From Pristiophorus japonicus (taxonomy: Eukaryota): 64,000 nucleotides of DNA. The notes below the pieces were generated by a model, which saw nothing but the letters and a program-made list of their open reading frames with translations, did no database searches and had not been told where the DNA came from. Where the stretch lies: NCBI RefSeq assembly GCF_044704955.1, contig NC_091999.1, positions 21,762,001 to 21,826,000 on the forward strand, read 5' to 3'. Position numbers and translations under genes: made by a program. Shown in pieces: positions 51,131-64,000 of the stretch; position 1 is the first letter of the stretch; every line of letters begins with the position of its first letter.

Positions 51131-54100
51131 ATTTCTAAATGTCAACACTTGTAAATACAAGTTGATATATGTGAAAAGCTCAGATATTAATGTGATTGTA
51201 GGACACTCCTCTATTCACTGGTTTTACTTGTTTAGTTTCAATGGTTTAAATCTTACACTAAGTGGAGATCCAGTGGAATAGCAGCCTGTTCAGAGATGTT
51301 GCATTAATTTCGGCAGTAGATCTTTCAAAACTGAATTATTAATCTTACTATGTATTTCTTTGATATAAATGACATCTGTTCTAATTGAACAAAACTGAAG
51401 CAAACCTCACTGTTGTGGATGTTTCTATTAATGTTGTACCAACATTTAATAATTTTAAAATAAACAATTGTTGTGAGAGGAGACGAATCAATAAGTGACT
51501 CTGTTGATCTGATTTTGCTGCCATGAACACTTCATGGGAACCAGTGAGGCGGTTATGTAAATAAACACAGAAATAGAAGTCCCAGATTAGAATATTGAGT
51601 GACAGAAACAATTTAAATGTTTCCCCACCAATACAGCATAGAAATAAACCGAGAAAGAAATGAAATTTCTCAACGGATTCCAGTAGCAATGTTTGGGGGG
51701 ACATTTCTTAAATTATAGGAGAATAAAGTAAAGATGATACCCAGGGACAGAATGGTGAAAGATTCGATTCGCCGTCTCTAGTAACATTACAAATGTGTCA
51801 GTGGAGATTCCCTGTATCCTCTCCATCTCCTATTTCCACTTTTTGTATTGTCTCTCACGAATGGATAATTGGCCATCTCCCACAACTAGATATTAAAATC
51901 TAACAAAAGTTTTCCTTGAACCCTAATGATACGCCTCGAACCAACTTGATTGGAATGCGCAGAGGGAGATTTAATCCAGGATGTGACCTGTGCATTAAAC
52001 GATCTGGGAGCGTTTGATAGGACAGTGTAGGGAGAGCTTTACTCTGTATTTAAACTGTGCTCTACAGTGTCCCTGGGAGTGTTTGATGGGACACTGTAGA
52101 GGTCGCTTTACTCTGGATCTGGCACATTCTGCACCTGTCATGGGAGTGTTTGATGGGACAGAGTCGAGGGAGCTTTAAACTGTATCTAACCCGTACTGTA
52201 CCTGTCCTGGGAATGTTTGATTAAAATGTAGAGGTCGGTTTACTCTGTATCTGACGCATGCTGTACCTGACCCGTGAGTTACAGTGTTTAGTGCATTAAT
52301 AACGGTGACAGGGTCTAAATTAACATAAACAGAGACATTGTCTCGTTTAGTAAAGTGAAATGATGGGGCTAGAGTAATATAAACAGTGTCCTTGTCGAGT
52401 TTAATATAAACAGAGACAGGGACTTGTGTAATAGGAATAAAGGCATTGCCTATTCCAGTAATATATGAGACAGGGCCTAGTACAATATTAATAGTTCTAT
52501 TACTGTAATGACTGAGGTAGGGCCTAGTGCAGTAAGTACCGATACAGGGACATTGTTTTATTCGTTCCTGTAATGCAGGTGTGAGAGTCATTCGGCCCAT
52601 ATAGACCATGCCGCTCTCTGCAAGAGTATTTCAGCTAGTCCACTCCCCCGCCCTTTTCCGTAGCCCTGTGATTGTTCTTCCTTCAGGAACTTATCCAATT
52701 CCATGCCATGATTGAATCTGTCTCCACCACTCTTTCAGGCAGTGCATTCCAGATCCTAAGTTTTCCTCGTGTCGATTTAGGTTGTTCTGCCAATGCGACA
52801 AATCTGTATCCTCTGTTCTCGACCCTTCCGCCAATGGGAACAGTTTCTCTCCAGTTGCTCTGTCTCGACCCCTTATGATTCTGAACACCTCTATCAAGTC
52901 TCATCTCAAACTTCTCTGCTCTAAGGAGAACAACCCCAGCTACTCCAGTCAATCCACATAACTGAAGTACCTTATCCCTGGAACCACAGGGAAATCTTTT
53001 CTGCACCCTCTCTAAGACGTTCACATCCTTCCTAAAGTACGGTGCCCAGAATTTGACACAGTAATAGCTTGAGGCCGAAACCGTGTTTTACACAGGTTCA
53101 TCATAATTTCCTTGCTTATATATTATATGCCTCTATTTATGAAGCCCAGGATCCCATATGTTTTTTAAAACACTTTCTCAACCAGCCCTGCCACCTTCAA
53201 ATAATTTTGCATATATACCCCCAGGTCCCTGAGTTCATCACAGCTTTTAGTACTGTACCCTTTAGTTAATTTTAATCTCCTCGTTCTTCCTTCCAAAATG
53301 TATAACTTCACACTTTTCTGCATTCCATTTGCCACGTGTCCGTCTATTCCACCAGCATGTCGCTGTCCTCTTGAAGTCATCACTATCCTCCTCTCCTCAC
53401 TGTTCACTAAACTTCCAAGCTTTGAATCGTTTGAAAATGTTGAAATTGTACCGAGTACACCCGAAACTAGGTCATAATTATAAATCAAGAAAAGCAGTGT
53501 TCCTAGTACCAACCGCTGAGAAACACCACTGTATTCCTTCCTCCAGACCAAAAAAAACCACAGCTCTCTGATTCCTGTCACTCAGCCAATTTCATATCCA
53601 TGAAGCCACTGTCCCTTTTATTCTATGGGATTTAACTTTTCTGGCAAGGATATTATCAAAGCACTTTATCAAATGCCTTTTGGAAGTCCATCACATCAAC
53701 TATATAAACTGAGACTGGGTCTACTGCAGTAAAAACTGCGATGGGGTCTAGTGTAATGAGAGAGACAATATTCAGATAATTACAGATTTATTAACCTCAT
53801 GCCAGGTACAGGTGCAGTTTCATGTTTACCATCACTTGCACCAATAATCATACACTTGAGGTGTATATCAGCGGATTCTGTGTGATGGTGAGGTGATCAC
53901 TGGACAATAAAGCGCAGAGACTGGTGCCTGGCTGCTCATTATTCTCGGTGTGATTTAATCCACTTTCCCACTGAATACTGCGGACAGACATGGTCACCTT
54001 GGTAATGGAATAGTCAGTGTGACATCACTTTCTAAAGAAGAGCACTCAAGACAATGTGTTATCAATAAATGTTAAAGGTATTAAACGATCTGCAATTAGC

Positions 54101-54181
54101 TGTTGAATAAAATAAAATGCTGAAAAATAATGGTTGGAGCTAATAGTTTATCTTTGTGAAATGCACTTGCACACCTTATGA

Positions 54182-54367
54182 NNNNNNNNNNNNNNNNNNN
54201 NNNNNNNNNNNNNNNNNNNNNNNNNNNNNNNNNNNNNNNNNNNNNNNNNNNNNNNNNNNNNNNNNNNNNNNNNNNNNNNNNNNNNNNNNNNNNNNNNNNN
54301 NNNNNNNNNNNNNNNNNNNNNNNNNNNNNNNNNNNNNNNNNNNNNNNNNNNNNNNNNNNNNNNNNNN
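54182..54367. other. Assembly gap (N run)
   Basis: Run of N at the position of the (CA)n tract in other copies. Confidence 1.
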
Positions 54368-55041
54368 TGTGTGCTCTTTTCAGTTGTTCGTCTTAAGCAG
54401 ATGAGTTGTTCTTCTGGTGGATGTTTGGACCCTGCGGCCGCCCATCCGGCGGTGATGTGAGGTCACGGTTCCAGGCTCTGTCTGTCACAATCAGTGTGCC
54501 ATGTGAAAGCTCAATAGAAAATACTGCAGGAAAAACAATCCTTAAAATTAAAGAACTGGGAGCAATTGGCACAGTACAACACAAGTGTGAATTAGTAACC
54601 GTTAACACACAGAGTGCCACTAAGTATTGCAAAGTGCAGTGAATTGCTCACCTTCAGTCCTGTCCCTCAATCCCAGTCCATCTCTGGGAGATTGTTACAA
54701 GATTCACCCCATCCTCTCAACACAAATATTACCGACACAATGCCAGATCATTTCGACATTGCCCACAACTCTTGTTACCTATTAGTGAAACTAAACATAT
54801 GTTTTAACCAAAAAAGTATTGAATATTCCCACCCACACACATATATATCTTTATTTTTATTAATATCTATCCACCGTCTATATATCTTCTGCTTATCTAA
54901 CAGTCGCAGAAATAACGGAGACAGGGTATGTTGTGCAATAAATAGAGATATATTCATTGGAGTGGGAGTTTATCCCAAAACCATCTGAGACCGGAGCGAA
55001 GTGAGACACGCTGAGCCTCGGCTGACACAAACAGACATTGT

Positions 55042-56511
55042 AACATTATAAGACCATAAGAATATAAGAAATAGAAGCAGGAGTAGACCATACGGCCCCT
55101 CGAGCCTGCTCAGCCATACAATACGAAGATGGCTGATCCGATCATGGACTCAGATCCACTTCCTTGCACGCTCGCCGTAACACATTAATCCCTTATCGCA
55201 TAAGAAACTGTCTATCTCTGTCTTAAATTTATTCAATTTCCCGGCATCCACAGCTCTCGGAGGCAGTGCATTCCACAGATTTACAACCCTATGAGAAAAT
55301 AAGTTCCTCCTCATTCCAGTGTTAAATGGACGGTCCCTTATTCTAAGATTATGCCCCTAGTTTTAGTCTACCCTATCAGTGGAAACATCCTTTCTGCATC
55401 CACCTTTTCGATAAGATCACCTCTCATTCTTCTGAATTCCAATGAGTAGATGCCCAACCTCCTCAACCCTTCCTCGTAAGTCAAGCCCCTCATCTCCGCA
55501 ATCAACCTAGTGAACATTCTCTGGACTTCCTACAAAGGAAGTATAACCTTTCGTAAATGTGGAAAACAAAGCTGTACGCAGTTTTCCAGGTGTGGCCTCA
55601 CCAATACTCTGTATAACTGTAGCAAGACCAACCTGCTTTTATACTCCATCCCCTTTGCAATAAAGGCCAAAATTCCATTGGCCTTCATGATCACTTCCGT
55701 TCCCTGCATATTAACCTTTTGTGTTTCATGCACAAGTACCCCTAGGTCCCGGTGTAGTGCAGCACTTTGCAATTTTTCTCCATTTAATTAAAAAGTTGCT
55801 CTTTGATTTGTTCTGCCAAAGTGCATGATCTCACACGTTCTTACATTATACTCCATCTGTCAATTTTTCCCCACTCACATGGCCTGTCTGCGTCCTTTTG
55901 CAGATTTGTTGTGTCTTCCTTACACATTGCTTTTCCTCACATCTTTGTACTTTGTATCGTCAACAAACTTCTCTGTGTTATACTCGGTCCATTCATTCAA
56001 TTTGTTAGTATAGATTGTAAATAGCTGGGGCCCCAGCACTGATCCCTGCGGCACGCCACCATTTACTGATTGCCAAACCGAGAATGAACAATTTAGCCCG
56101 ACACTCTGTTTTCTGTTAATTAGACAATCCTCTATCAATGCTAATATATTACCCCAACCCCGTGAAGGTTTATCTTGTGAAGTTATCTTTAATGTGGCAA
56201 CATGTCAAATGCCTTCTGGAAATCGAAATACACCACATTTACTGGTTCCCCTTTATCCACGCTGTTCGTGACATCCTCAAAGATTTCCACCAAATTTGGC
56301 AAACAAGACTTCCTCTCCATAAATCTATGCTGAGTCTGCCTGAGCGAATTATGATTTTCCAAATATCATGCTACAGCTTCTTTAAAAATGAACTCCAACA
56401 ATTTCCCAAACACAGATTTTAGGCTATCTGATCTATGGTTACCTGCTTTCTGGCTGTCTCCTGTTTTTAAATAGGGGCCTTACATTTGCAGTTTTCCAAT
56501 CTGCTGGGTTT
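55042..56511 (-). mobile_element. CR1 LINE inserted only in copy 5
   Basis: Splits cagacattgt|cttgtgaag, which is contiguous at ~33115 in copy 3; GVPQGSVLGPQLF motif. Confidence 0.92.
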
Positions 56512-56645
56512 TCTTGTGAAGTGCAATGATACGTGACCTATTCCAACATAAAGGGAGACCGGGTCTAGTGTAATATAAACAGAGGCAGGGCCTAGTGTAA
56601 TATAAATAGCTACAGTGCCCAGTGCAATATAAATATAAAAATATA

Positions 56646-58659
56646 AGTACATAAGAACTAGGAGCAGGAGTAGGCCAACTGGCCGCTCTAATCTGCTCAG
56701 TCATATAGTAAGGTCATAGCTGATCTGTTCATGGAGTCAGCCCCACTTCCCTGCCCGCTCCCAATAATTTTTTATTCCCTTATCGCTCAAAGATCTGTCT
56801 GTCTCCGCCTTAAATATATTGAATGTCTAGCCTCCACAGCTCTCTGGGGCATAGAGTTCCATAGATATGCAATCCTCGCAGAGAAGAAATTCCTCCTCAT
56901 TTCAGTTTTAAATGTACTGCCCCTTATTCTGAGACTATGTCCCCTAGTTTCTTTCTCCCCTTTGAGTGGAAATATCCACTCTGAATTCATCTTGTTGAGC
57001 CCCATCGTTTTCCAATCTTTCAGTAAAATCAGCTCTCATTCTTCTGAACTCCAATCTGTATAGGCCCAACCGACTCAACCTATCTTAATAAGTCAACTAC
57101 CTCCTCTCCAGACTCATGCTAGTAAACCTTCTCTGGACAGTCTCCAATGTAAGTATATCCTTCCTTAAATAGGGAGACCAAAACCTTATTGCAGTACTCT
57201 AGTACAATATCGTGTACAGTTCTGCCCACTCACTTAGCCTGTCTATATCCCTTTGCAGATTTTTTGTGTCCTCACAATTTTCTCACCCATCTTTATATCA
57301 TCAGCAACCTAGGCTACATTACACTCAGTGCCTTCATCCAAAGTCATGACTATAGATTGTAAATAGTTGAGGACCAAGCACCGATCCCTGCGGCACCCCA
57401 CTAGTCACTGTTTGCCAACCGGAAAATGACCCAACTATCCCGACTCGCCGATCTGCTAGTTAGCCAACACTCTACCCATGCTAGTATATTAACACCAATC
57501 CTGTGAACTTTTATCTTGTGCAGTAACCTTTTATGTGGCATCTTATCGAATGCATTCTGGAAATCCAAATACACCACATCCACTGGTCACGCACTATCCA
57601 CCCTGCTTGTTACATCTTCAAATAACTCCGGCAAATTTGTCAAACATGATTTCCCCTTCATTAAACCATGCTGACTCTGCTTGATGCTTTTCTTAATGTC
57701 CCGCTACTGCTTACTGAATGGAATCCAGCTTTATTCCAATGGCTGACGTTCGGCTTATTGAACTATAGTTCCTTGCTTTTTTTCCGTCTTCTTGTTTAAA
57801 TAGGGGGCGTTATATTTGCAGTTTTCCAATCTACTGGGTCCGCCCCAGAATCCAGGGAATTTTGGTAGATTACAGCCAAAGCATCCACTATCTCTGCAGC
57901 CACTTATTTTAGGACCCTAGGATATAAGCCGTCAGGTCCAGGGGACTTGTCCGTCTTGAGTCCCATTATTTTACCGAGTACTACTTCATTAGTGATCGTG
58001 ATTGTAATACGCTCCTCCCTCCCTATAGCCCCTTGATGTTCCAATATATTAATGTTTTTAATGTATTCTACCGTGAAGACAAATACAAAATATTTCTTCA
58101 ACGACTTTGCCATTTCTTTGGTCTCCATTATTAATTGCCCAGTCTCATCCTCTCGGTGACGAATATTTACTTTAGCCAATCTTTTCCTTTTTATGTACCT
58201 GTAGAATCTTTTACTACCTGTTTTTATATTTCGGGCTAGTTTACTTTCATAATCTATCTTCCCTCTCTTTATGTTTCATTATTTCTTTGCTAGGTTTTTA
58301 AAGTTTCCTAATCCTCTGACCTCCCACTCCTCTTGGCCAAATTGTATGCATTTGTTTGCAATTTGATACCATCCCTTGTTTCCTTAGTTAGCCCCGGATG
58401 GTTATCCCTTCTCATGCAATGTTGCCTTCTCATTGGGATATATTTTTGTTTCGAGTTATGAAATATCTCCTTAAATGTCGGCCACGGCTCATCAGCTGTC
58501 CATCCTTTTATTTATTTTCCCAGTCTACTTTAGCCAACTTTGCCCTCATAGTGTCCTTCATTTAAACTTAGGACACTGGTTTGTGAATCGATTCTCACCG
58601 ACCACCGCCCCCCCCTTCCCCCCGCCGCAACTGAATTTGAAATTCAACCATGTTATGGT
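56646..58659 (-). mobile_element. CR1 LINE linking units 5 and 6
   Basis: Colinear with 44479-47549 and shares the right junction ctgaatttgaaattcaacc...catagattagt. Confidence 0.92.
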
Positions 58660-59716
58660 CACTCATAGATTAGTACGGCACACAGGGTGGCATTCAGCCC
58701 ATAGATTCTGTGCCAGCTCTTTCGAAGAGCAATCCCATTAATGTCAATCCCCCGCTCGTTCCCTATATCCCTGCATTTTTTCTCCTTCAAATACTTACAC
58801 AATTTCCTTTTGAAGAGTACTATTGAATCTGTATCTACCACCCTATTATGCAGTACACTCTAAATCCTAACCAGTGGTTGCATAGAGAATTTCGTCTACA
58901 TATCGCTTCTTGTCCTTTTGTCAATCACCATCCATCTGAAACAGTTTCTGTTTATTTACTCTGTCGAATGATTGACATTTTCAAAAAAGTCTATCAAATC
59001 TTCTCTTCGACTTCTCTCCTCTAAAGAACAGAATCCCATCTTCTCCTGTCTCTTCACATTAACTGAAGTCCCTCATCCCTGGTACCATTCTCTTACACAT
59101 GCCCTCAACCGTGCCCCCTCCAAGGAGAGCAATCACATCTTCTCCAATCTCCACTTTAACTGAAGTCCCTCATGCAGGTACCAATCTACTGAATCACCCC
59201 TCACCCTTCTCTGCTGTATGGAGTACAGCCCCAGCCTCTCCAAGTCTGTCCGTGTAGCGAGAGCTTGCGAGCTACCATACCGTACACACAATGGCAACAA
59301 GCTCCAGGCGGGCACTGGCCCATTCTCAACAGCGAGAATGGGGAGTGAAAACGAGAAGCTGAAAGTCGGCGATGATTTAAAACAATTTTAAAGATGTTAC
59401 CCTTCTATTTTTTATTTATGAAAAGGAAAAATATCCCGACTGACCCAACGAGAATTTCTACCCAGTGCCAGTTCCCCAGCCAACTCCCTCTCCGGAAAGG
59501 TCACCATTTTATTTCTCATCAGTTTGTTTTTCGGCAGGTGGATGAAATATATCCATTTGCTGTCGCTTTCTCTCTTATTTGTTAATATAAGAAATTGGGT
59601 GCAGAAAATTCAAGCTGAGGAATCCTCATCGATGGGAGCAGAAAATCTGCAAAGGGAAAATAAGAAACGGCTGAGCTGAGAGAAGGATGGAGGTAGGGAG
59701 GAGGGGAGCAAGGAAG

Positions 59717-60195
59717 GGGTGGTGTGATGGAGGGGTGAACATAAGAACATAAGAATTATGAACAGGAGTAGGCCATCTAGCCCTTCGAGCCTGCTCCGCT
59801 ATTCAATAAGATAATGGCTGCTCTGGCCGTGGACTCAGCTCCACTTACCCGCCCGCTTCCCGTAACCCTTAATTCCCTTATTGGTTAAAAATCTATCTAT
59901 CTGTGACTTGAATACATTCAATGAGCTAGCCTCAACTGCTTCCTTGGGTAGAGAATTCCACAGACTCACAACCCTCTGGGAGAAGAAATCCCTTCTCAAC
60001 GCGGTTTTAAATGGGCTCCCCCTTATTTTGAGGCTGTGCCCCCTAGTTCTAGTCTCCCCGACCAGTGGAAACAACCTCTCCGCCTCTATCTTTTCTATCC
60101 CTTTCATTATTTTAAATGTTTCTAGAAGATCACCCCTCATCCTTCTGAACTCCAATGAGTAAATACCCAGTGTACTCAATCTATCATCATAACAT
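59717..60195 (-). mobile_element. Short CR1 3' end inserted in the purine tract of copy 6
   Basis: aacataagaacataagaa tail; YSLEFRRMRGDLLETFKIM...WNSLPKE. Confidence 0.92.
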
Positions 60196-60814
60196 AATGA
60201 GGTGGAGGGATGGTCGGAGAGTGGGAGGGATGGGTGCGGGGAGGGAGAGATTGATGGAGGGAGGGATGGAGGTATGGAGGGCTGGAAATGGAATGAGCGT
60301 GACACGGATGGTGGGAGGGAGTGATGAAGGGAGGGAGGGAAGGTGAGACTGGTGGAGGGTGGGAGGGATGGAGGGAGGGAGGGATGATGGATGGGAGGGA
60401 AGGAGAGACGTGTGGTGGGAGGGAAGTATATTGGGAGAGAGTGATGGAGTATCTCCCATTTTACCCGATCAAAACTCTTCATATTCTTGAGCACCTCTGA
60501 TAAGTGGCCCATAACCTGCTCGGCTCTAAGGAGAACAATCCTAGCTTCCAGCTGCCATGATGGTGCAGCTCACACAGTGTAAAACTCAAGTTCCGTGACT
60601 CCTTCTGCCTCGGGCACTTCCAGATGTTCCTTGTGGAATCGCAGTCACTTTTATATCGACCCGGTGGAAACCCCAGTGTGGGAATGACATCCCAGGCAAG
60701 ATCAGGGAACTCGCCCGTGATAATAAGCGGATCGAAGTAAGACTAGGCTCATGCCCTGAAATTCAGGCAGGATGAACTGAATGACAACACTTTAAAATGC
60801 AAGCTGTGATATGT

Positions 60815-61258
60815 TCAAGCCTTGGCTCAGTGGGATCACTCTCGCCTCTGACTCAGAATGTCACAGATACTAAACCACACTCCAGAGAACTGAGCCCATA
60901 ATCTATGCCGACATGACCGCTGCAAGTACTGAGGGAGTGCTGCACGGTCAGAGCTGCCGTCTTTCGGGGCAAACATTAAACTGCGGCCCCATTTTCCCAC
61001 TCAGGTGGATTTAAAGGATTCATTGCACTATCTTAAACAGCTGAGGAGTTCTTCAGGGTTTCCACGGAAAACATTTGTCCCTCAAACAATTTCTGCAAAA
61101 CAGATTATCTGATCATTATTTCATTGCTGTGTATGGGATCCTGCTCTGCACAAATTGGCTGCCACATTTCCTACATTACAACACTTCCAAAATAATTAAT
61201 TGGCTTTAAAGCATTTGGGACATTATGAGGTCACGAAGGGCGCGATATAAATGCTAGT
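60815..61258 (+). mobile_element. SacSINE1/DeuSINE-type SINE (unit copy 6)
   Basis: Same sequence and flanks as other copies. Confidence 0.9.
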
Positions 61259-62957
61259 TCTTTCTAAATGTTAATATTTTTAAATACAAGGTGTGATATG
61301 TGAAACGCTCAGATATTACTGATGGTCACTGGTTGAACTTGTTTAGTTTCAATGGGTTAAATCTTCCACGAAATGGAGATCCAGTGGAATAGCAGCATGT
61401 TCAGAGATGTTCCACTGATTTCAGCTGCAGAACTTTCAGAACTGAATTATTCATTTTAATATTTATTTCCTTGATATAAATCACATCTGTTCTAATTGAA
61501 CAAAACTGAAGCCAACGTCACTTTTCGACATATTGCTACTTCTGTGTACCCACTGTCAATATTCTTCAAATAAGCCATTGTTGTGAGTTGAGACTAATCA
61601 ATAAGTGACTCTGTTGTCATGATTTTGCTGCCATGAACACTTCGTAGGAACCATTGAGGCCTTTATGCAAATAATCACAGAAATAGATGTCCCAGATTAG
61701 AGTATTGAGCATCAGAGACACCATGAATGTTTCTTCACCAACACAGCATTGAAATAAAGATAGACAGAAATGCAAATCTCCCAACAGACACCAGCAACAA
61801 TTGTGTTTTGGTATATTTCACTAAATTTTATTGGAATAAAGGAAAGATGATACCCACGGACAGAATGGGGAAATACTCCTTCTCGTCAGCATGTACAGCA
61901 AAATCACTAATGTGATAGAGGAGGTTTATGCTTAAAGGTGTACCTGCCCTGGGAGTGTGTGATGGGAGATTGTAGATGGAGTTTTACTCTGTATCTGACA
62001 TATGATGTACCTGCCCTGGGAGTGTTTGATGGGGTAGTGTTGAGGGAGTTTTTCTCTGTATCTAACCCACACTCTACCTGCCCTGGGTGTATGTGATGGG
62101 GTAGTATAGAGGGCACTTGACTCTGTACCTGACACATGCTGTACCTGGCATGAGAATGTTTGATGGTGCGATGTAGAGAGCGCTTTACTCTGTATCTAAC
62201 ACATGCTGAACCTGGCCTGGAAGTTACAGAGTTTAGTGCAGTAATAACTGAGACCGGGTCCAGTGTAATATAAACAGAGAAATGGTCTAGTTTAGTAATG
62301 GAAAAGGTTGGGGCTAGTGTAACATAATCCATGTCCTGGTCTAGTTTAATATAAACAGAGACAGGGTCTTGTGTAATAGGAATAAAGGCATGCCATATTG
62401 CAGTAATATCTGATATCGGGCCTAGTACAATATTAATAGTTCTAGTGCAGTAATAACTGAGATAGGGCTCCGTGCAGTAATTACTGATGCAGGGACATTT
62501 CTTTATTCGCTTCTGGCATATGGGTGTGGGTGTCGCTGGCAAGGCAAACATTGATGGTCTATTCTTAATTGGCCTTGATAAGCAGATGGTAAGCTGCCCC
62601 TTGAACCGCTGCAGTCCATGTTATGAACGGACCTCCACATTGTTTGGTAGCGGGTTCCAAAATTTGACCCAGTGACTATGAAGGAACGGTAATAAGTTCC
62701 TAGGTCAGGATGATGTGTGATTTGGAGGGATACACGGAGGTGATGGTGTTCCCATGAGCACGCTGCCCTTGTTCTTCTTGGTGGAAGAGGTCGCAGGTGT
62801 GGAAAGGGCTGTCGAGGATATCTTGGCGAGTTGCTGCAAAGCATCTTGGGGGTTTTAATCACTGCAGACATGGTGCGCCGTTGGGGGTGGGAGGGATTAT
62901 TTAATGTGGTGGATGGAGTAAAATAAACTTGAGATGGGTCTACTGTAGTGTAGTGGA

Positions 62958-63548
62958 GTCTTTTTGTGTCCTCGTCACACATTGCTTTTTCTCCCATCTT
63001 TGTATCATCAGAAAACCTGGCTATGTTGCTCTCGATGCATTCTTCAACGTCGGTAGATTGTACATAGAGGGGTTCCCAGCACTGATTCCTGCAGCATCCC
63101 ACTAGTTACTGAATGCCAACCCGAGAATGAACCTTTGATCCTGACTCTCGGTTTTCTGTTAGTCAGCTAATCCTCTATCCATGCTAATATATCAGCCCGA
63201 ACCCCGTGAATGTTTATCTTGTGCAGTAACCTTTTATGTGGCACCTTATCAAATGCCTTCTAGAAGCCCAAATACATCACATCCACTGGTTCCGTTTTAC
63301 CCACCCTGTTTGTTACCTCCTCAAAGAATTCCTGAAAATTTGTCAAACATGACTTCCCCTTCATAAATCCACGCTGACTTTGTCTGACCGAATTTTGCTT
63401 TTCCAAATATCCTGCCACTGCTTCTTTAATAATGGACTCCAACATTTTCCCAAGCGCAGATGTTAGACTAACTGGTTTATAGTTTCCTGCTTTTTGCCTG
63501 CATCCTTTTGCAAATAGGAGCATTAAATTTGTAGTTTTCCAATCTGCT
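62958..63548 (-). mobile_element. CR1 LINE internal fragment specific to copy 6
   Basis: GNYKPVSLTS, GFMKGKSCLTN; replaces part of the unit. Confidence 0.85.
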
Positions 63549-64000
63549 AATCACCTTAAATCTGTGTCCTTTGTTCTCGATCTTCCCACCAATGGGAACA
63601 GTTTCTCTCTACCTACTCTATCTAGACCCCTTATGATTCTGAACACTTCTATGAAATCTCATCTCTACCTTTCTGCTCTAAGGAGAAAAGTTCCAACTTC
63701 TCCAGGCTATCCACATAACCGAAGTACCGTATCCTTGGAACCACAATTGTAAATCTTTTCTGAATCCTCTCTAAGGCCTCACATCCTTGCTAAAGAATTG
63801 GACACAATATTCCAGGTGAGGCTTAAACAGTGTTTTATAAACGTTCATCATAACTTCCTTTCTTTTGTACTCTATGCGTGTATTTACGAAGCCCAGCATC
63901 ATGTAATCTATTGACCATTGTCTCAACCGGCCCTGCCACCTTCAATGATTTGTGCACATATACCATCAGGTCACTGTGTTCATGCACCTACTTTAGCATT

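Larger units (their letters stand above)
47550..56645. repeat. Tandem segmental unit, copy 5
   Basis: Exon A acceptor mutated (CAA, ~50060), exon B 50438-50579, exon D 53796-54031, block E intron 54524-54651. Confidence 0.95.
58660..64000. repeat. Tandem segmental unit, copy 6 (runs off the window)
   Basis: Exon A with internal deletion (~59575-59646), exon B 60574-60716 with acceptor mutated to CAC, SINE, block C. Confidence 0.92.

Noticed and set aside
59835-60512. 225-aa ORF, the longest in the track
   Set aside because: Chance fusion of the low-complexity pyrimidine tract with an inserted CR1 3' end
61907-62551. 214-aa minus-strand ORF
   Set aside because: Made of LINE tail, eroded 27-bp satellite and 67-bp repeats; not preserved at this length in other copies

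Overview
Eukaryotic, repeat-dominated DNA. The repeat content points to a cartilaginous fish (shark-like): HER1/CR1-type LINEs, a SacSINE1/DeuSINE-type SINE, RTE LINE ends, a Penelope-type terminal repeat and a Buster/Charlie hAT transposase. I recognise no intact known protein-coding gene; nearly all listed ORFs are LINE fragments or minisatellite read-throughs. The main structure is a tandem array, from about 9.65 kb to the window end, of six diverged copies of an ~8-11 kb unit; an equivalent landmark recurs at 10618, 20496, 28017, 39122, 50438 and 60574. Between its transposon fossils each unit carries non-repeat blocks whose splice signals all point along the minus strand: a 128-nt GT-AG intron, a ~236-nt exon, a 143-nt exon and a terminal exon with AATAAA. 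This suggests an unidentified, amplified, mostly decaying spliced gene or lncRNA family, with copy 3 looking the most intact. The first 9 kb appear to hold the ancestral arrangement from which the unit's right end arose by inversion. Smaller items: three twin-priming (5'-inverted) non-L1 retroposon insertions, a Penelope-type minimal hammerhead ribozyme motif, a tRNA-Gln pseudogene with a TTA anticodon, mosaic relationships among copies, and one N gap. All coordinates and comparisons were read by eye; boundaries of degraded repeats are approximate.
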